DNA of 64,000 nt from NCBI GenBank assembly GCA_964474825.1, contig CAYYWQ010000001.1, positions 741,609 to 805,608 on the forward strand. Reading direction: 5' to 3'. Positions within the stretch are counted from its first letter, which is position 1. Each line of letters opens with the position of its first letter. Positions 54,991-63,938 of the stretch are shown piece by piece. The position numbers were made by a program, and so were the translations under genes. A model generated the notes under the pieces. The model was not told the origin of the DNA, did not search any database, and saw only the letters and a program-made list of their open reading frames with translations. This DNA is from an uncultured Candidatus Saccharibacteria bacterium. Its GTDB lineage: Bacteria; Patescibacteriota; Doudnabacteria; UBA920.

Positions 54991-55019
54991 AGTATAAATC
55001 AGGTGTCAAAAGGTGTCAA
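54991..55019 (-). promoter_or_regulatory. Sigma70-like promoter TTGACA-17-TATACT for the HTH gene (a second tandem TTGACA sits 10 bp downstream)
   Basis: On the minus strand, TTGACA is at 55019-55014 and TATACT at 54996-54991, with a duplicate TTGACA at 55009-55004. Confidence 0.45.
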
Positions 55020-55028
55020 GTCGTGTCA

Positions 55029-55060
55029 TAAAAAAGACTCCCAAATGGGAGTCTTTTAAA
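55029..55060. terminator. Bidirectional rho-independent terminator downstream of fcl
   Basis: Hairpin agactcccaaatgggagtct flanked by A6 and T4-5 runs. Confidence 0.6.
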
Positions 55061-55083
55061 AATATGCCTTATTTATGCAATTT

Positions 55084-56022
55084 TTACTTAAGACCGCTCT
55101 TGTACCAGTCAATTGTCTTTTTAAGACCGGTTTTAAAATCCACATGTGAAATGAACCCGAATTCTTTTTTAGCTCGACTTACGTCTAATTTACGCCTTGG
55201 CTGACCGTCGGGCTTGGTTTTGTCCCAAACTATTCTACCTTTAAAGCCAGAGAGTTGGGCTATAATGTTTACCAAGTCTTTAATTTTGATTTCAAAACCC
55301 GAACCCAAATTTACCGGAAGGCTTTTGCTGTATTTAGTTGCGGCTAGCACTATCCCCCGGGCCGCGTCTTCCACATACAAAAATTCACGGCTGGCTTTGC
55401 CTGTACCCCAAACAACAACTTCCGATTTTTTTTGCTTAACAGCTTCTACAAATTTTTTAATTAATGCCGGAATAACGTGGGACTGCGCTGTATCAAAATT
55501 GTCGTTTGGGCCATATAAATTCACGGGCAGCAAAAATATTCCATTAAAACCATATTGCTCGCGGTAAGCCTGGAGCTGTACCAACAGCATTCTTTTTGCC
55601 AAACCGTATGGCGCGTTAGTCTCTTCGGGATAGCCGTTCCATAAATTGTCTTCCAAAAAAGGCACTGGCGTAAATTTTGGATAAGCGCAGACTGTGCCAA
55701 TTTGCACAAATTTTTTAACTTTTGCCAAACGCGCGGCCTCTATTAAATTAATGCCCATAATGGCATTGTCGTAAAAAATTGGGCCCGGGTTATTTCGGTT
55801 ATAGCCAATTCCGCCAACGTTAGCGGCCAAATGAAGAACTAAATCCTTACCCTTAACTACCTTAGCGCAATTTGCAGCAATTCTAAAATCAACTTCCTTA
55901 TGCCGCGGCCGGCTAATATTTTTAGCTTGCGCTCCGGCTTTTAAAAGTTGCTCATAAACCTTGCTGCCCAAAAAACCATGGCCGCCGGTAAGTAAAATTT
56001 TCGCGTTTTTTAAGTTAAACAT
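55084..56022 (-). CDS. fcl: GDP-L-fucose synthase (GDP-4-keto-6-deoxy-D-mannose 3,5-epimerase/4-reductase)
   Basis: [18 protein letters not shown] Rossmann motif. YGLAKRM YxxxK site. 312 aa, typical Fcl/WcaG. Confidence 0.85.
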   Translation of the reverse strand: MFNLKNAKILLTGGHGFLGSKVYEQLLKAGAQAKNISRPRHKEVDFRIAANCAKVVKGKDLVLHLAANVGGIGYNRNNPGPIFYDNAIMGINLIEAARLAKVKKFVQIGTVCAYPKFTPVPFLEDNLWNGYPEETNAPYGLAKRMLLVQLQAYREQYGFNGIFLLPVNLYGPNDNFDTAQSHVIPALIKKFVEAVKQKKSEVVVWGTGKASREFLYVEDAARGIVLAATKYSKSLPVNLGSGFEIKIKDLVNIIAQLSGFKGRIVWDKTKPDGQPRRKLDVSRAKKEFGFISHVDFKTGLKKTIDWYKSGLK

Positions 56023-56039
56023 AATTTCATTTAATAGAT

Positions 56040-57023
56040 TTATGCAAAGAATGTCAATAACGCCTTTAACTTCAGTTTTGCGTCTGCGTCTTTACTATAC
56101 CCCATTTTGCGTATATGAAGCCAGCCGTCTATAAATTCAATAAAGCGGTCATTCTCCCCAAGCCGGCTGGTGTCGTATTTAGATTTTAACGTGGCATTGT
56201 CTCCAACCCAATTGTAAGGCTTGCCGTCGGGCCCAGGATCCCCGGCTTCGCGCAAAAAAGCGTATTCGTGGACAGCGCGATGCAAGTCTTCTGGTTTAGT
56301 TTTACTATAAACTTTTTTCCAATTCCCCCCTCCGGTGTCCACAGCAATTGGGGTAAGGCCGGAAAAAACCGCTGCAGTGCTAAAATTCACCGGAACATTT
56401 TTAAAAACCTCGGACCTAAAAAAACAAAAGCCCGGCCACATCCACCACACACTGCCGCGCCTTTGAATACTGCCGTAAATTGGACTCTTTTGTAAATTTT
56501 CTAAAACTGATGTTGATTTAACAGGAAAAATATCATGGTCCAAAAACCCAAAATACTTGGCTTTTCTGGGAAGTAGGAAATTTTTATACACCCAATTTAA
56601 AGCTAAGCCATGAGACCAGCTGGGGAAAGTTCCGCTATAAGGGTTTTTTGACAAGCGAATGTAACCAACGCTGTAATTTTTGCAAACTCCTTCTACTGCC
56701 TGGGCAACTAAGTCCCCTTGAGAGTTGTCTACAACTGTAAAAACAAAATTGTCTCGCAAATTTTTTCGTAAAAATTTTATTTGCCACTCAATTACGTCCG
56801 CGTTGTTAAACGCCACAGTTACTAAGTCTAAAATCTCCTGGTCAGCAATAGGGCAAATATTACAATTTAAAGACTTAACGGAAGAAAAAGGCTTGGCGCA
56901 ATAAACCCAGGTTATTAAACGGTCAACAAAATAATTTGCGTAAAAATAAACAAACCCAAAAGGCTTAAACGCCAGCGCGCATTTAACTAACAACCTGTTA
57001 ATTTTTTTAAAAATTTCCTTCAT
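56040..57023 (-). CDS. Putative glycosyltransferase (GT-A-like, DxD motif LDHD); start reassigned to internal Met
   Basis: VVDNSQGD and FLDHDIFP motifs. The ORF-track N-terminal 45 aa are encoded by the GC-rich palindrome, so the start is placed at MKEIFKK (ATG at 57023). Confidence 0.45.
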   Translation of the reverse strand: MKEIFKKINRLLVKCALAFKPFGFVYFYANYFVDRLITWVYCAKPFSSVKSLNCNICPIADQEILDLVTVAFNNADVIEWQIKFLRKNLRDNFVFTVVDNSQGDLVAQAVEGVCKNYSVGYIRLSKNPYSGTFPSWSHGLALNWVYKNFLLPRKAKYFGFLDHDIFPVKSTSVLENLQKSPIYGSIQRRGSVWWMWPGFCFFRSEVFKNVPVNFSTAAVFSGLTPIAVDTGGGNWKKVYSKTKPEDLHRAVHEYAFLREAGDPGPDGKPYNWVGDNATLKSKYDTSRLGENDRFIEFIDGWLHIRKMGYSKDADAKLKLKALLTFFA

Positions 57024-57050
57024 TTTAAAACTTAGTAATAATACACCTTG

Positions 57051-57154
57051 TGTCATTCCGAACGAGTGCATCCGAGCCGAGGAATCCCTTAATTCCAAAG
57101 ATAAGGGATCCTTCCACTCCTCCTCAGATGCATTCGGAGTCGGTCGGGATGACA
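57051..57154. repeat. GC-rich imperfect long palindrome (about 104 nt; potential 45-bp stem-loop) between two glycosyltransferase genes
   Basis: tgtcattccgaacgagtgcatccgagccgaggaatccc ... gggatccttccactcctcctcagatgcattcggagtcggtcgggatgaca. The arms are reverse-complementary with a few mismatches, centred at about 57100. GC content contrasts sharply with the surroundings. Confidence 0.5.
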
Positions 57155-57176
57155 CCAAGAGCGACCTAGAACAAAC

Positions 57177-58229
57177 TTATGTTAAACCCAAAGCTTCAAA
57201 AATTTTATTAAAACGGTTTATGTAAGTGTGTTCTGTAATAGTGCGCTCAAATCCTGCTTTGGCAATTTTTTGCCTTTCGTCTTCATGCGCTAAATAATAG
57301 CGGCACTTTTCCGCTAAGTCTTTTTTGTTTTTAAAAATTACAATTTCCTTGCCGTCTACATAGTAGTCACGTAAATTGTCCGCATCCCCTGTAAGCAAAA
57401 AGCCGCCAGCGGCCGGGATTTCAAAAGTCCGCGCTTTTATTTGAGCCCGCCTAGCGCCGAGTAAGGACTGGATGTTAGAAATTAGATGTTTCAAATTTAA
57501 AAAATAACCTCCATCTTGTTTTTTTAGGAATAATTTTGCCAATTGTTTTGGCCAGCTGAAATAACTTTCAGTAAAATTTAAATTTATTTTAGAAGTGGAA
57601 AAAATTTCAAGCATAGTTTGCTCGTCAACAATCCCTCCCTCCCAACCCTTGCCAAAACCCCGGGCGGGCAGCCCTTGCGATTTTAAATAGCTCATAACAC
57701 TGCCACGATTACCATAATTTTTCCCAACAAAAGCAATATCTGGCGAGCTGACCGATAGGTTCCGAACTTGGCGAGGGGTTTGCTGAATGTTCGCCGCCCA
57801 CTGGGTCTTTACCACATTGTTTATTCCTAATTTACGGTATTTTTCCGGGGCCTCAGAGTCTGTTGTGCCAACCAAGGTAAACAAGGGCGCCCAAAAACGC
57901 GAAAACACGGACAAGCGCCAGTGGTCGTCCGCAAACCAGTTAAAAGTTTTTGTTTTGCCCGTAATATGCCTGACTGTGTCTCTTTTTAGCTCATTGTTAA
58001 ATAACATAAAAAACACCAGTTCCGGCTGTTGCTCGTCTACGGTCTGCAAAAGTTTTTTGTTAAGTTCGTTTCTTTTAGCCTCAATTAGGCCGTCGTCTGT
58101 GCCAAAAAAACTGGCCTGAACACCGGGCATATTTTTTAGCGTTTCAAAAAACGTTTGATATTCAATTGAAGATGGCCCCAATTCCGGCCTTCCATGTTCG
58201 TATTGTAATGCGGCGAATAAAACTTTCAT
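57177..58229 (-). CDS. CgeB-family glycosyltransferase (DUF3880 + GT1-like C-terminal domain)
   Basis: C-terminal RTFEIPAAGGFLLTGDADNLRDYYVDGKEIVIF...HTYINRF block characteristic of CgeB-like proteins. Confidence 0.6.
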   Translation of the reverse strand: MKVLFAALQYEHGRPELGPSSIEYQTFFETLKNMPGVQASFFGTDDGLIEAKRNELNKKLLQTVDEQQPELVFFMLFNNELKRDTVRHITGKTKTFNWFADDHWRLSVFSRFWAPLFTLVGTTDSEAPEKYRKLGINNVVKTQWAANIQQTPRQVRNLSVSSPDIAFVGKNYGNRGSVMSYLKSQGLPARGFGKGWEGGIVDEQTMLEIFSTSKINLNFTESYFSWPKQLAKLFLKKQDGGYFLNLKHLISNIQSLLGARRAQIKARTFEIPAAGGFLLTGDADNLRDYYVDGKEIVIFKNKKDLAEKCRYYLAHEDERQKIAKAGFERTITEHTYINRFNKIFEALGLT

Positions 58230-58303
58230 ATAGTAATCCCCAATATACGAATAAAATTTAATATTCGAATTCGTATATTTGCGCTAGATTTGTATATTAG
58301 TGA

Positions 58304-59074
58304 TTAGTCTACGGTGAAATCTAAAATCATTGGCAAATGATCTGAAACTTCGTTATACGGAACTTCAAATGAAGTAACTTGAATTTCAGGCGAAGTAAAG
58401 GTATAGTCCGCAAAATGTTGCTTATTGTGGAAACGGTCCCAGGAAATTTTATTACGGGTGTTTTCTATTTTAAAATCCGCAATTAAATTACGGCCGCATT
58501 CTTGCAGAATTTGAATACTTTCAGTATTTGGCATTAAATTAAAGTCTCCGCAAAGAATTTTGGGAGCACTGCCCAAACTTTTCCAAATATCTGCCAATTT
58601 CCGGGACTGATCAAGCCGCTCCGGGGTATCCAGCTTCTCCCCCGGACGCGCAACGCCATGAAAATTGATTATTGATAAAGACTTGTTACCAACAATTAAG
58701 TTCAAAGTCTGAGCCTTAATAAAATGGTCGGCCAGCTCCTGGGTTTCCGCAATAAATTCACAACCACCGCTTTTTACTTTCAAACTTTTTTTAACAAAAA
58801 TTGCTAAACCGTGACTTACGGGCGCATTTATAACTCGCTCAAAATCACAGCCACTGCTACGCTCACAAAAAAATCCGTCAAAATTATTTAGCAGTTCACT
58901 TAATTCTTCAAACAAAAACATTCTTGCGCCCGAGCTAACTTCCGGCGCTCCGGGCTTTGATGAAAAAACTTCCTGAAAGCAAAAAATATCCGTGACCAAT
59001 AATTGTTCACGGACAAAATCCATTAAAGGGCCGTAAATTGTGCCGCCCCAAACATTTAAGCTAAGTAGCCTCAT
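58304..59074 (-). CDS. Endonuclease/exonuclease/phosphatase (EEP) family protein
   Basis: LSLNVWGG N-terminus, CGDFN and a C-terminal SDHLPM motif, as in the EEP fold. Confidence 0.65.
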   Translation of the reverse strand: MRLLSLNVWGGTIYGPLMDFVREQLLVTDIFCFQEVFSSKPGAPEVSSGARMFLFEELSELLNNFDGFFCERSSGCDFERVINAPVSHGLAIFVKKSLKVKSGGCEFIAETQELADHFIKAQTLNLIVGNKSLSIINFHGVARPGEKLDTPERLDQSRKLADIWKSLGSAPKILCGDFNLMPNTESIQILQECGRNLIADFKIENTRNKISWDRFHNKQHFADYTFTSPEIQVTSFEVPYNEVSDHLPMILDFTVD

Positions 59075-59143
59075 ATATAATTAAAAGATTGAATAATTGA
59101 AAATTGAAAGATTTTTGTGCTAATTTTTCAATCTTTAAATCTT
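59075..59143. repeat. AAAGATTG-family palindromic repeat element
   Basis: aaaagattgaataattgaaaattgaaagattt - spacer - tttcaatctttaaatcttttaatctttcaat. Confidence 0.4.
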
Positions 59144-60172
59144 TTAATCTTTCAATAGCTGCAAATATTTATTAAGGTCTAACCCAGCATCTTTAATATC
59201 CGCAGTAATCATAATTTTAACCAGTTCCTTAAATTTAACTTTGGGCTCCCAGCCCAAAACTTTTTTGGCCTTGGAAGCGTCACCCAAAAGCAAATTGACT
59301 TCCTGCGGACGGTAATATTTTTCATCTACCCCCACATACTTCTGCCAATCTTTTATACCAACCAAACCAAAGGCTTCGTCTAAAAATTCCTTAATAGTGT
59401 GAGTTTCGCCAGTAGCAATTACGTAATCGCCGGGCTTTTCCTGCTGAAGCATTGCCCACATAGCTTCCACGTATTCCTTGGCATAACCCCAGTCACGCTT
59501 GGCGTCCAAGTTTCCCAAATAAATTTTTTCCTGTTTGCCTGCCAAAATGGCAGCAATACCAATGGTAATTTTGCGGGTAACAAAAGTTTTACCGCGGCGA
59601 GGCGATTCATGGTTAAATAAAATGCCATTGCAAATAAACATATTGTAAGCTTGCCGATAGTTGTTGCAAATGTGGTGGCTAAAAACTTTTGCCGCGCCGT
59701 AAGGGCTGGCCGGATTAAACGGCGTGGTTTCTTTTTGCGGAGTTTCTAAAACGTCCCCAAACATTTCGCTGCTGCCTGCCTGGTAAATTTTTGTCTTCAC
59801 ACCGCTGTCTCTCACAGCGTCTAAAAGTCTTAGTGTGCCTAAAGCGTCAACGTTAGCCGTGTATTCCGGAATTTCAAAACTTACTTTAACATGACTTTGC
59901 GCGCCAAGGTTATAAATTTCAGAAGGCTTAATAGTTTTTATTAACTGGTTTAAATTAGAAGCATCTGACAAATCCCCGTAGTGTAAGAATAGTCGCTGCT
60001 TTTTTTCGTGCGGATCTTGGTAAATTTGGTCTAGCCGCTCAGTGTTAAAAACTGAAGCACGGCGCACTATGCCGTGAACTTCATAACCCTTAGAAAGCAA
60101 AAACTCGGCCAAATAAGATCCATCTTGGCCGGTAATACCTGTTATTAATGCAACTTTATTTTCTTGACTCAT
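59144..60172 (-). CDS. gmd: GDP-mannose 4,6-dehydratase
   Basis: [33 protein letters not shown], near-identical to the canonical GMD N-terminus. YGAAKVF YxxxK site. [13 protein letters not shown] block. Confidence 0.9.
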   Translation of the reverse strand: MSQENKVALITGITGQDGSYLAEFLLSKGYEVHGIVRRASVFNTERLDQIYQDPHEKKQRLFLHYGDLSDASNLNQLIKTIKPSEIYNLGAQSHVKVSFEIPEYTANVDALGTLRLLDAVRDSGVKTKIYQAGSSEMFGDVLETPQKETTPFNPASPYGAAKVFSHHICNNYRQAYNMFICNGILFNHESPRRGKTFVTRKITIGIAAILAGKQEKIYLGNLDAKRDWGYAKEYVEAMWAMLQQEKPGDYVIATGETHTIKEFLDEAFGLVGIKDWQKYVGVDEKYYRPQEVNLLLGDASKAKKVLGWEPKVKFKELVKIMITADIKDAGLDLNKYLQLLKD

Positions 60173-60197
60173 AATTCCTTTTTCCTAATTCTTCCTC

Positions 60198-60226
60198 ACT
60201 TTACCATAAATCCCCTTTTATTTCAA
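60198..60226 (-). promoter_or_regulatory. Putative promoter TTGAAA-17-TAAAGT for gmd
   Basis: On the minus strand, TTGAAA is at 60226-60221 and TAAAGT at 60203-60198. An AGGAAAAAGG SD-like sequence precedes the ATG. Confidence 0.35.
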
Positions 60227-60250
60227 GCTGTTTTACGATACAATACCCTA

Positions 60251-60316
60251 AAGATTAAAAGATTGAATAATTGAAAGATTGAAAGATTGAAAGATTGAAA
60301 GATTGAAAGATTAAGA
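60251..60316. repeat. Tandem array: 5 perfect copies of GAAAGATT (60273-60312) preceded by degenerate copies; left arm of an inverted repeat around the 4HB gene
   Basis: aagattaaaagattgaataatt then (gaaagatt)x5 then aag. The array lies between the divergent gmd promoter and the 4HB gene start. Confidence 0.6.
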
Positions 60317-60325
60317 CACCATTCA

Positions 60326-60706
60326 ATGCAATATAATCAATTTGAAGATATCCCGGTTTGGCAGGAAACGAGATTATTAGTTAACAAAACTTACAAATTA
60401 GTTGAAAGTAGTCAAAAATTACAAAGAGACTACTCACTGGTTGACCAACTAAAAAGAGCAGCGATTTCTATTTTATTAAACATAGCCGAAGGTTTTGAAC
60501 GGGGCTCCAATAAAGAATTTGCCAATTTTTTAAGCATCAGCAAGGGTTCCGCTGGTGAAGTAAGAGCGATTTTATATATTTTATTAGATAATCAGTATAT
60601 TACCCAAAGCCAATTTGAGGAGACAAAAAAAATTGTATTAGAAATTTCTACGCATATAGCAAACTTCAGAAAATTTTTACTAAAAAACTCAACTTATAAA
60701 AAATAG
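60326..60706 (+). CDS. Four-helix-bundle protein (23S rRNA intervening-sequence protein family, TIGR02436-like)
   Basis: LNIAEGFERGSNKEFANFLSISKGSAGEVRAILYILLDNQYIT matches the family core. 126 aa, all alpha-helical. Confidence 0.75.
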   Translation: MQYNQFEDIPVWQETRLLVNKTYKLVESSQKLQRDYSLVDQLKRAAISILLNIAEGFERGSNKEFANFLSISKGSAGEVRAILYILLDNQYITQSQFEETKKIVLEISTHIANFRKFLLKNSTYKK

Positions 60707-60742
60707 AAATCTTTCAATCTTTTAATTTTCAATTATTCAATC
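60707..60742. repeat. Right inverted repeat of the AAAGATTG family flanking the 4HB gene
   Basis: aaatctttcaatcttttaattttcaattattcaatc is the reverse complement of gattgaataattgaaaattaaaagattgaaagattt, matching the left arm at 60255-60290. Confidence 0.45.
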
Positions 60743-60744
60743 AA

Positions 60745-61893
60745 ATGCGAATTTTATATATTATTACTCAAGCAGATGGAGGAGGCGCGCAAAATTATAC
60801 CTTGGCATTGGCCAAGCATTTTAATGGCACTATTGCCGCGGGCGTGGAATCGGACAAACTATTTAGCGATGCCAAAAATTTACAACTTACAACTTACCCC
60901 TTACAACACCTTAAACGAAACCTAAACCCTTGGCATGATTTTTTGGCTTTATACGAAATAAGGGAATTAATAAAACAACTTCAGCCTGACATTGTGCATT
61001 TAAATTCTTCCAAAGCAGGCGTGCTTGGAAGCTTTGCTGCCATTGGCCTTAAGGCTAAAGCCGCGCCCAGTATCGGACAGCAAAGCTGGACTGGTACGCG
61101 GGTAGTATTTACAGCGCATGGTTTTATTTTTAACGAACCAATGCCCCTTTGGAAAAAGAATTTTTATTTAGCCGTGGAAAAAATTGCCTCTGATTACCGA
61201 GACTTCATTATTACAGTGTCAGATGCCGACAAAAAATCCGCCTTAGATAATAAGCTGATAACTGAAGAAAAAATTACAACCATCCACAACGGCTTACCCA
61301 AACTTAACTTTTTAGCAAAAGACGAGGCTCGCGACCAGTTAAAAATTCCCCAAAATGTCTTGGTTTGCGGTAATACCTCAAATTTTTACAAAACCAAAGG
61401 ACAAGATGTCTTTATTCAAGCAGTGACACAGCTTCCAAAGGAAATTTTAGATAAAGTCTTGTTTGTAATTTTTGGCAACGGCCCGGAATTTTCTAAACTT
61501 AAACCTTTAATCTTAAATCTTAAACTAACTAATTCCTTTAGGCTCCTAGGACAAACAAAAAACGCTTTCCAATACTTAAAAGCCTTAGACGTATTCATTC
61601 TCCCCTCCCGCAAAGAAGGCTTCCCCTACTCTATATTAGAAGCCATGCAAGCTGGTCTTCCTATAATTACTACTGCCGTTGGCGGCGTACCCGAAGCCCT
61701 AGGCACCTCCGGCATGTTAATAAAACCCGAAGACCCCAAAGCATTAGCAGGAGCCATTACTTACCTAATAGCTAATGAACAAAAAAGAAAAGAACTTTCC
61801 GAACTAGCCCTGCAGAGAAGCAAACTTTTCTCCGAAACAAGAATGCTGGAAGAAACAAAAGCTATATATCAACAACTACTTCAATCTAAATAG
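60745..61893 (+). CDS. Glycosyltransferase family 4 (GT-B)
   Basis: EGFPYSILEAMQAGLPIITTAVGGVPE C-terminal GT4 motif. 382 aa. Confidence 0.8.
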   Translation: MRILYIITQADGGGAQNYTLALAKHFNGTIAAGVESDKLFSDAKNLQLTTYPLQHLKRNLNPWHDFLALYEIRELIKQLQPDIVHLNSSKAGVLGSFAAIGLKAKAAPSIGQQSWTGTRVVFTAHGFIFNEPMPLWKKNFYLAVEKIASDYRDFIITVSDADKKSALDNKLITEEKITTIHNGLPKLNFLAKDEARDQLKIPQNVLVCGNTSNFYKTKGQDVFIQAVTQLPKEILDKVLFVIFGNGPEFSKLKPLILNLKLTNSFRLLGQTKNAFQYLKALDVFILPSRKEGFPYSILEAMQAGLPIITTAVGGVPEALGTSGMLIKPEDPKALAGAITYLIANEQKRKELSELALQRSKLFSETRMLEETKAIYQQLLQSK

Positions 61894-61896
61894 CAA

Positions 61897-61933
61897 AACA
61901 AAGGCTCGCACAAACGAGCCTTTGTTTTATTTT
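61897..61933. terminator. Bidirectional rho-independent terminator
   Basis: Hairpin aaggctcg-cacaaa-cgagcctt followed by tgttttatttt, with an A-run on the other side. Confidence 0.6.
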
Positions 61934-61973
61934 GGCCAAATTTTCTTTAATTACAGTATTTTTGACTAAAATT

Positions 61974-62714
61974 TTACTCGGCAATTTTACCCTGCAGCCA
62001 AACAATCCCGGTTATACTCATTCCGATTGTTGGTTCATTAAATAGCATGTTTTCTTTATTTGCAAAAATGTCCAAGTAAAAATAATCTTCCTGGGCGTCA
62101 TGGTTAATTAGTTTGGTTTTAATTATAAAACCTTCTATCTGCTGGTTTTTATATTTTTCAAAGCTAACGACCTTGCCAATGATATTAATGACACCCGACA
62201 TCAATTCGTGGTTGGGTGAATAACCTACAAAATCTTCCGAAAAATTATCGGGCAAAGGGCCAGTTTCCTTCAATTCGAAAGCAAGCCCTGTAAGATTTAC
62301 ATTAAATTTTTCAGTTGATTTATATACAGATTCATTTTTTAAAAAATCAGTGGCAAAAAACTTTAATCCGAAGGCGTCTCTACCCTTTCCTTCTATATCT
62401 GCCTCAATTCCGTTTACATGCTCCCATTCAGTAATCCCTTTGCAAACAAATGGCAATATAATCTCCGTTTTTAAAACGGGGAAAGTAGTTTCAATTTCGT
62501 GCTTACCGTTACCAATAGCCACACAATCCACTTTGCCCCAATTTTCAGTAGCCAGTGTGTAACCATTTATTATATTAGATGGCTTGTTTTGGAGAAAAGC
62601 TTTGGGCAAATTTTCTATAATTATTCCCGGGTTAGACTCTTTTGTTTTAAATCCATAGTATGCTCCCCAGTGATCCCCATGCGACCCCCTGTTTGTTCTT
62701 ATTATTTTAACCAT
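61974..62714 (-). CDS. Hypothetical protein (246 aa)
   Basis: Complete ORF ending at a terminator. No motif recognised. Confidence 0.45.
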   Translation of the reverse strand: MVKIIRTNRGSHGDHWGAYYGFKTKESNPGIIIENLPKAFLQNKPSNIINGYTLATENWGKVDCVAIGNGKHEIETTFPVLKTEIILPFVCKGITEWEHVNGIEADIEGKGRDAFGLKFFATDFLKNESVYKSTEKFNVNLTGLAFELKETGPLPDNFSEDFVGYSPNHELMSGVINIIGKVVSFEKYKNQQIEGFIIKTKLINHDAQEDYFYLDIFANKENMLFNEPTIGMSITGIVWLQGKIAE

Positions 62715-62837
62715 ATATTCCTATTTTAATTGGTTGAGGTTATAGTGATTTAATAATTATTTTGAAATTTTATAGTCTAACCAGACTTACAGTAATTTTA
62801 ATTTTGGTCAAATTTTCTGGAATTACAGCATTTCTGA

Positions 62838-63938
62838 TTAAAATAAATTTATGGGGGAAAACTCAAAGTCATTGCTTGGTGTAAACCTATTTTTAAATTT
62901 AAATAATATTAAAGCCCAAACCAGGGCAACTGCAAGAAATAAATAAGGGGTGCTCTCTCGAAAAAACGCCGTGATAAATAAAGATAAAAAAATGACCGCG
63001 ACCGGATAAGCCATCCATTTCACAATGGTCTTAAATCCCTTTTTTATAAAAAGCTTCGCGAACTTCAGGTCATTACTTCGGCGGAATTTAAATTTAGAAT
63101 TTTCTGATGGCATTAATTTTATAATTTCCCTTATTATGCTATCGTCTTGGAAAATAAAGACTTCTTTCACTGGAAAACTCTGCCATTCATTGTAAAAACA
63201 ATAAACTTTGTTGGATTGAAAAATTTTTCTGTATAAAAACGAATTACAATGTATAATTTTGGATATTTTAGAAACAGGCAAAGAAAAGCCTCTTCGCCGA
63301 TCATCTACCAGTCGTCTGTAATTAAACCTACCGTTTTTCAAAGATTCGTCAGATAAATTATACAGATTAAAAGAACCATCCATTTCCTTTATTAACAAAA
63401 GCATTTGGCTTAAGTCTCTGCCCAAAAACTTATGATTCTCCAGTTCTGACATGGATGCATGTATCCATTTATAAAGCGGACGACTCCTGGTAAAAGCAGT
63501 GGCTATTATTTCCCCCACTTGGTTCTTGGCTTTAGCCTCTTTTTCTTGTTCATAACCGGCTATTTCATTTGCGCTAAAAACATTTCTGCTGATTTTATTA
63601 TTCTTAACAGTTATTTTTGAAACATCATTTTGAACGTCTTCCCCCTCAGCCATTAACTCACCAGATACCATATACCCTTTTGGCTCCAGAATATTTCTAA
63701 CAATATATTCCAGCCACTCCATATAGTAATAAAATTTTTCATTTCCGTCCCACACAATATGTTTTTTGTCAGGAGCTACCACCCATTGGCAGCGCGATTC
63801 CGGCTGGCCAAGTTTTTTACCTTCCTTATTTTCCGAAGCAAAAGATATCTTATTTAGATCCCCAATAGCAGAAACCGCGCTGTCATCCAGCGGCTTGCTA
63901 ATTTCTAATTGGCCAATAAATTCTGTAGTGTAACCCAT
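62838..63938 (-). CDS. Hypothetical protein with C-terminal transmembrane segments
   Basis: 366 aa. The C-terminus has two hydrophobic helices (VAVIFLSLFITAFF, FLAVALVWALILF). Confidence 0.45.
   Translation of the reverse strand: MGYTTEFIGQLEISKPLDDSAVSAIGDLNKISFASENKEGKKLGQPESRCQWVVAPDKKHIVWDGNEKFYYYMEWLEYIVRNILEPKGYMVSGELMAEGEDVQNDVSKITVKNNKISRNVFSANEIAGYEQEKEAKAKNQVGEIIATAFTRSRPLYKWIHASMSELENHKFLGRDLSQMLLLIKEMDGSFNLYNLSDESLKNGRFNYRRLVDDRRRGFSLPVSKISKIIHCNSFLYRKIFQSNKVYCFYNEWQSFPVKEVFIFQDDSIIREIIKLMPSENSKFKFRRSNDLKFAKLFIKKGFKTIVKWMAYPVAVIFLSLFITAFFRESTPYLFLAVALVWALILFKFKNRFTPSNDFEFSPINLF

Noticed and set aside
54997-55030. GGTGTCAA x3 direct repeats upstream of the HTH gene as transcription-factor iterons
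   Set aside because: Read on the coding (minus) strand they are tandem TTGACA hexamers with a correctly spaced TATACT -10. They are interpreted as a promoter with a duplicated -35 rather than separate operators.
56040-57158. ORF-track N-terminal 45 residues of the GT-A-like protein
   Set aside because: They are encoded entirely by the GC-rich palindromic element. A Met follows immediately after (ATG at 57023) and gives a start consistent with neighbouring gene spacing.
60251-60316. CRISPR array
   Set aside because: The repeats are only 8 nt, perfectly tandem without spacers, and no cas genes are present. No CRISPR-like repeat-spacer structure exists anywhere in the window.
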